IMG/VR virus record: IMGVR_UViG_3300034095_001964
Source: an uncultured virus (IMG/VR IMGVR_UViG_3300034095_001964)
Lineage: Duplodnaviria > Heunggongvirae > Uroviricota > Caudoviricetes
Direction: 5' to 3' (one strand)
Length of the DNA: 64,000 nt
Below are positions 59,901 to 64,000 of this stretch, one piece after another; positions within the stretch are counted from its first letter, which is position 1, and each line of letters opens with the position of its first letter. The translations under genes and the position numbers were made by a program. A model generated the notes under the pieces. It was not told the DNA's origin. It was given only the letters and a program-made list of their open reading frames with translations, and did not search any database.

Positions 59901-60168
59901 GGTCAGCGATAGAACCGCTAATAGGGTTGATTCAATTGTGCTAGACACCATCACAGGTGTTTTTGGTAAAAACTATGCGGTTATAGTTGAAGGCGGTATA
60001 GCTTCGCTATATAGAGACAATACCTATCTTGGATCTGTAAGCGGTGCAACAACCCATGCGGATTGCAATGGTGCGGTTGGCGGAGCATTTTTTCATCATT
60101 CCGCAAGCGCGGTAGGGACAGCGACTAGACGTAGAGTCTCTATATATAACGGGCGAGCATGGTGGTAA
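56971..60168 (+). CDS. collagen-like fibre with SGNH/GDSL esterase domain
   Basis: G-A-S repeats about 57115-57440; FFGDSI, GYSG, GTND, DLIHPN catalytic blocks. Confidence 0.82.
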   Translation: MDDTTEITAKLTPPSTIYAKMVGAAGAVASVRAAANSMPSTIYAKAVGAVGASGASGASGASGASGLTGASGASGASGASGIVGASGIAGASGASGIAGASGASGASGASGLTGASGASGASGIVGASGASGASGASGLTGASGASGASGIVGASGLTSITNGPVTISNGVSAIANSALSIAQTNGLTESIVLPSLVAFFGDSIIGQGQSNTPEGSIFPGNLFPGWVKFTLNGRIDFLTRNEFYGAQTFGYSGYKINDLRGTVLSDGVTTDQGAVAVRSAALIRSSNGPLAQLLSRISEKNVLIVEMSGTNDVISDIYIAASFHATKRGNLWREMIAAGIPAKRIVALELPPIGGNAGRMTQVTAVNALCAADAATLGIYWLPYPTIMLSAGTANAGYYRQDLIHPNTLGAKTFGENVAAFISSMVSTTAVDIPISSDPRWLTPNPNVTGSTGVAGTGSNVSYFGNIATSWVASAPSANVTATFSKIVNAANQNILRVVVSGTNRQGSFGLIVSSTNAALPAGTSYRIVARLKGSGFSNINIMGVSSAPGAVGVNVQLAQDSSFASQDNTLDLGDFDGVFESPVVQTSNAQSSTSIALWFNFSGQGTVDISQAGILEVLPFPTRPSLPLNTATVAGSYIGSYTVKTSDSVLFGDASITNPMIFTLPLAASVTGKQFRLKKIDASAGVVRFATSGGQTIDGAATADLTKQWETVEVTSNGNNYFKDTGAYLALSGGTVTGNIDLLGTMTATGNIGIGAASPSAKLHSVATTEQLRLGYDNSNYISATVSSLGRVTLDAVGASGATGAGFILAKQTQLTGQTIVDNNSAITKGWVGMASQMNQSNIGANGLWALITTAQAGTYLGSNTAGEIRLDAADATNFGSITVNLGAFSGIGPTSSLAPNRQPNFNFSNRVGFSFFIKSTGDSFNPSLQSWAYAIGSYDSFASHTIQSLYPLNQSTGGYRAYICVTCINGEVVLRVSDRTANRVDSIVLDTITGVFGKNYAVIVEGGIASLYRDNTYLGSVSGATTHADCNGAVGGAFFHHSASAVGTATRRRVSIYNGRAWW

Positions 60169-60180
60169 TATTTAACAATT

Positions 60181-60525
60181 ATGTATAACGTAATCAAAAC
60201 AGAAGAACTAAAGGCGATTGCAGAAATCAACGCCATGAACACTCATGCTGAAAATGCGTTGGGGCAACTACGATCATTTGCGCGCCAAGCATATGATGCT
60301 TTTTGGTTTGGTGAAACAAGTCCAATGGTCAAGGTAAAGTTGCTTGGAACGGAAGCCATAAAAGTATTTACAGATTCAGCGGAAGTGCAAAGCTTTATTG
60401 CAAGTAAAATTGATGGATATGTTGCGCTTGGTGTTCCAACAGGATACGCTGTGACATTCACATCGGATGGTAGTGCACAAATTGTTTATATACCACCTAT
60501 TGCAGAAGAAGAAGAAACAATTTGA
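60181..60525 (+). CDS. small fibre-associated protein (putative chaperone)
   Basis: Follows a fibre gene; resembles 63020..63382. Confidence 0.55.
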   Translation: MYNVIKTEELKAIAEINAMNTHAENALGQLRSFARQAYDAFWFGETSPMVKVKLLGTEAIKVFTDSAEVQSFIASKIDGYVALGVPTGYAVTFTSDGSAQIVYIPPIAEEEETI

Positions 60526-60572
60526 GAATAATTATATTGTGCTGTACACTATCAGCTAATAAATAATAAGCA

Positions 60573-63020
60573 ATGGCTAAAATAACCGTAAAATTAACGC
60601 CAGACGCAACCATATACGCCAAGTCTGTGGATTATAGCGGTGGCTTCGGTGGTGCTGGATTTGTACAATTTAGCAATGGCAATGCGCTAGCAACAGACAG
60701 TGGTCTGGTGTATACAAGCACTGGCAACGATGGACGGCTAACGGTCGGCGGTGGGCAAATTTATATGTCCACTAATGGCACAAGTGGCATAGCATCACAA
60801 AATGTCAGCGTCGGCGGAGGTAATCCGACTTTAGCATTTTCAAGTGGTAACTTTACTGGAGATTACAACACGTCTGTTGGAACTGGTAATTTTGCAAAAC
60901 TTACAAGTGGCAGTAAAAACGTAGTAATTGGCACGTCTTCTCTTGTAGCCATTACCAGTGGCGCTCAAAATTTAGCTTTAGGCGTAAACACGCTTTACGT
61001 TTTGGGAAACGGTTACCGAAATATAGCCATTGGAGACGGAGCAGGAAGCAATGTAGTATCAGGTAACGACAACATATTTATTGGAGCTAGCACAGGCTCA
61101 GCCGTAGGCACTGATAGCACACAGATAGTCTTAGCAGGCACATCCGATGGGCCTCGCAGCACAGTCATTGGATTTGATGGCAGGCTTAACGAATTGCCAA
61201 CGCAAACCACCAGATTTATTGGCAACACGATAACATGGGGCGATGGAGTTGTGGGAGGAAATAATCCAACTGCTTCTGCAAACAACAGGACATCACTCGT
61301 GCAGTCGGCTAGCACATCAGCAAAAACCATTACCTTGCCCAACGCAAACGGCACACTGCCAGTGTATACTGGAGCATGGACACCCGGAGCTGTACTTACC
61401 GCAACTGGTGCAACAGGTGTTGCAACATGGATTGCTGGCGCTGCTGGTGCAAGTGGCGTTGCTGGTGCAAGTGGCGTTGCTGGTGCAACTGGTGCGAGTG
61501 GCGCTAGTGGAATCATTGGAGCGAGTGGCGCTAGTGGAATCATTGGAGCAACTGGTGCGAGTGGCGCTAGTGGAATCATTGGCGCGAGTGGTGCTAGTGG
61601 AATCATTGGAGCCACAGGAGCATCTGGCGCGTCTGGTGCTAGTGGCATTGTCGGGGCGAGTGGAGCATCTGGTGCGAGTGGTGCATCTGGTGCTAGTGGA
61701 GCATCTGGAGCATCTGGCGCAACTGGAGCGAGCGGAGTGAGTGACAATTTGACAGGAGTTGTAACTTCGGTGGGTAATTATACTAGCTTTGCGGATGATC
61801 CTGCATTTGTAGGGCAAGTTGAAATTGACACTCAACTTGGCGACGGCAGAGTTTCTCTAGCAATTTCTAATCTTTCACCAACGGGAACCGCAACTGCAAA
61901 GGGGGTGTCCATATTCATGTCGCAAGACTATACAATAGGAATTGGCATTTCTTCGGCCGGGGAGGGTAGTCTTGGTATGGAAGTTGCAAGCGATAATGGT
62001 ACTGGTGCGTATTTTTATGGGCATACCCAAGGCCTTCATGTTGTTAGTGACGGCACAGGTATGCAGGTTGACGCGATTCATGATACTGCTTTAATCTTGA
62101 ATTCCTCTGATCGAGGAATTACTGTTAGTACTACTGCTATTGACGCTACTGCGATTTATGTTGATTCACCCGAAGGAGACGGAATCTATGTAGATTGTCT
62201 AGGCGATGGATTTTCCACAACGATAAATGGTGGCGGAACAGGGTTTTTTGTATCTTGTAATGGTGCTGGGTCTACAGGTCTTAGAATTGTAAGTGGTGCA
62301 GGAATAGCGAGCGGTCCGGGCATAGACTGTGAATCATATACAGTTGGAGCGATAATTTCAAACAAGGGTGGAGGTCAAGATTTGACAGGGTTTCCTGCTG
62401 CTCACGCTCGATTTGGACATACCGCCGCAAACAGTATCTCCATCAGGCGTAGTGATGGGTCGCTGTATTGGAGGTTAGGAACTAGCGGAACGCAGACATT
62501 AACTTTGGCGCGGTCGGCAACAATAACTGGTCAACAAACGGCAACGCTTCCTGACAGCAGCGGTTTGGTACAAGTAGCCAATACCAAATCCACCACAGCA
62601 GACGTTACAGCGGCATTAAACTCAACTACTTTTGTTACGGTCACGGGATTAAGCTATCTCGCCACAGACCTTATTGCCAACGGTATGTACAAGCTGGAGT
62701 TTTTCGCGCAAGTGACTCATGGAGCTGGATTTTGCAAGTTTCAAGCGTTAGCTGGATCTAACTTAGTCTATAGTGTAGGATCTAGAATCCTGTCTAGTGG
62801 TGGTATTGTTAATGCAGAAGCAGCAACGGGTTCCAATGTAATCAATTTGGGAGCATCTGCTAGTGGCACGGTAACAGGCAGAGGTGTTTCTGCTACTTCA
62901 ACATTTAAGGTTGGGGCTGCGAATACAACATTAGCCATTCAATTCGCTCAGAATGTTTCAAGCGGCACAGCATCAATCCTTCTTGCTGGAGCAACCGTAA
63001 CTCTAACCAGAATATCATAA
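60573..63020 (+). CDS. collagen-like fibre protein with beta-helix-like region
   Basis: N.A.G repeats, G-A-S tract about 61440-61735, GxxIxS repeats; shares modules with 42406..44772. Confidence 0.8.
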   Translation: MAKITVKLTPDATIYAKSVDYSGGFGGAGFVQFSNGNALATDSGLVYTSTGNDGRLTVGGGQIYMSTNGTSGIASQNVSVGGGNPTLAFSSGNFTGDYNTSVGTGNFAKLTSGSKNVVIGTSSLVAITSGAQNLALGVNTLYVLGNGYRNIAIGDGAGSNVVSGNDNIFIGASTGSAVGTDSTQIVLAGTSDGPRSTVIGFDGRLNELPTQTTRFIGNTITWGDGVVGGNNPTASANNRTSLVQSASTSAKTITLPNANGTLPVYTGAWTPGAVLTATGATGVATWIAGAAGASGVAGASGVAGATGASGASGIIGASGASGIIGATGASGASGIIGASGASGIIGATGASGASGASGIVGASGASGASGASGASGASGASGATGASGVSDNLTGVVTSVGNYTSFADDPAFVGQVEIDTQLGDGRVSLAISNLSPTGTATAKGVSIFMSQDYTIGIGISSAGEGSLGMEVASDNGTGAYFYGHTQGLHVVSDGTGMQVDAIHDTALILNSSDRGITVSTTAIDATAIYVDSPEGDGIYVDCLGDGFSTTINGGGTGFFVSCNGAGSTGLRIVSGAGIASGPGIDCESYTVGAIISNKGGGQDLTGFPAAHARFGHTAANSISIRRSDGSLYWRLGTSGTQTLTLARSATITGQQTATLPDSSGLVQVANTKSTTADVTAALNSTTFVTVTGLSYLATDLIANGMYKLEFFAQVTHGAGFCKFQALAGSNLVYSVGSRILSSGGIVNAEAATGSNVINLGASASGTVTGRGVSATSTFKVGAANTTLAIQFAQNVSSGTASILLAGATVTLTRIS

Positions 63021-63382
63021 TGATCATCACCGAAAAAACACAATTCCAAAAAGACTTGGACAAGAAAGACACATTTGTCCGTCAATCAGCACGCTCAACT
63101 TGTCGGTTAGCACGAGAACTTAACGACAACAACAAGGCTTTTTGGAGTTTGCCACCAGATCGATTGCTTGCAGTGCTAAACCATGATGTTGCTGCAAGTC
63201 TTGCCACCATTACTTTAAACACGCAACTACTACAAGGTCTCATGGCAGCAATATCTGTATTGGGCAGTGACTTTTTACGTTTTGCAGGAACTCCTTTTGT
63301 TCGTGAAGACATTGTGTTCGACGGCACGGCGTTTGTATATGTTGCTCCGCCAGAACCGGAATCGGAACCAGACGCGCAATAA
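63020..63382 (+). CDS. small fibre-associated protein (putative chaperone)
   Basis: Coupled to a fibre gene; AFW and DG..VY..PP-acidic tail as in 60181..60525. Confidence 0.55.
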   Translation: MIITEKTQFQKDLDKKDTFVRQSARSTCRLARELNDNNKAFWSLPPDRLLAVLNHDVAASLATITLNTQLLQGLMAAISVLGSDFLRFAGTPFVREDIVFDGTAFVYVAPPEPESEPDAQ

Positions 63383-63390
63383 ATAGTATT

Positions 63391-64000
63391 ATGCCACTAT
63401 ACAACGTAAATGTGCCGGGCGGCGATTTAGGGACCACCATGGTTGCTACCGCGAGCGACGATATTAAAATTGCGTTTGCTTTAGATATGTTGCAAAATAC
63501 CAGCGACCTTGGCAAGCCGGTTACAACCGCGTTAACAGCAGCTCTTGTGCCGTTTGTTGATGTATCTGCTGTAGGAGAAGCGTTAAACAACGCTCCAGCG
63601 TTGGAATTTAATTTTAAGGAAGACCAGTATGTTACAAAAAACACTGCGGCTGCAAATGGTACTCTTATACATGGTAAAGCCGGGCCGCCCGCAGAATTCG
63701 CGAGAGCAAGTGGTGCTACATATAAAGATCATGCTGGTGCATTGCGCTATGCTCCTGAAAATCTTACACGCTATTCATACACATTTCAAAATGCAGTTTG
63801 GGATAGCAGCGCATATGTCACTGAAGCTGACGGTACAGCAACCGATCCATTTGGTGTTGCAAGCAATGCAACTACAATTACTCAGGTGATTGACGCGTCG
63901 ACACGCGCACGGCATATTCACGAAGCAACTGGGCCTTACACTCCAGTTATAGGTCAAACATATTGCATGAGTGTATATATCAAACAGCCCGAAACAACAC
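63391..64000 (+). CDS. fibre/spike-like structural protein, N-terminal part (runs off window)
   Basis: Open frame MPLYNVNVPGG...FARASGATY..GALRYAPENL..YS..FQNAVW; AATAAATA upstream. Confidence 0.7.
   Translation, partial: MPLYNVNVPGGDLGTTMVATASDDIKIAFALDMLQNTSDLGKPVTTALTAALVPFVDVSAVGEALNNAPALEFNFKEDQYVTKNTAAANGTLIHGKAGPPAEFARASGATYKDHAGALRYAPENLTRYSYTFQNAVWDSSAYVTEADGTATDPFGVASNATTITQVIDASTRARHIHEATGPYTPVIGQTYCMSVYIKQPETT

Noticed and set aside
56823..61835. Minus-strand PLAPDA-repeat ORFs (also near 42519-43082)
   Set aside because: Antisense reading of the G-A-S collagen repeats
1..64000. tRNA or rRNA genes
   Set aside because: No cloverleaf or rRNA-like segment recognised in the short intergenic regions; not checked with tRNAscan

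Overview
This window is a 64 kb slice of a T4-like (Tevenvirinae-supergroup) myophage genome. About 1-15.4 kb is an early/replication region: partial phoH, two RNA ligases (an ATP-dependent DRB0094-type and RtcB), a DEDDh exonuclease, DNA ligase, many small ORFans, two phosphatases and gp33-gp59-gp32. It is punctuated by a repeated sigma70-type early promoter cassette that carries a GTTGACNGTCAAC palindrome. About 16-40 kb is the tail/baseplate module (PAAR, tape measure, gp51/gp26, gp54, gp2, gp4, gp48, gp53, hub, split gp5, gp25, gp6, gp7, gp8, DUF4815/VrlC-like), with TATAAATA late promoters. About 40-64 kb is an elaborate array of fibre/receptor-binding genes with collagen-like G-A-S repeats and Ig, Fn3, LamG, SGNH and cupredoxin-like modules. 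The most notable observations are: (1) putative-Ig domains split into complementary N- and C-halves across three separate genes, a candidate trans-complementation linkage system; (2) a canonical slippery site predicting a -1 frameshift that fuses gp26 to a start-less gp51 frame just upstream of the tape measure gene; (3) gp5 split into an OB-fold+CHAP gene and a separate beta-helix gene; (4) two giant paralogues carrying four copies of an unnamed enzyme-like module; (5) a candidate small RNA behind phoH. All family assignments come from motif recognition by eye; no searches were run.
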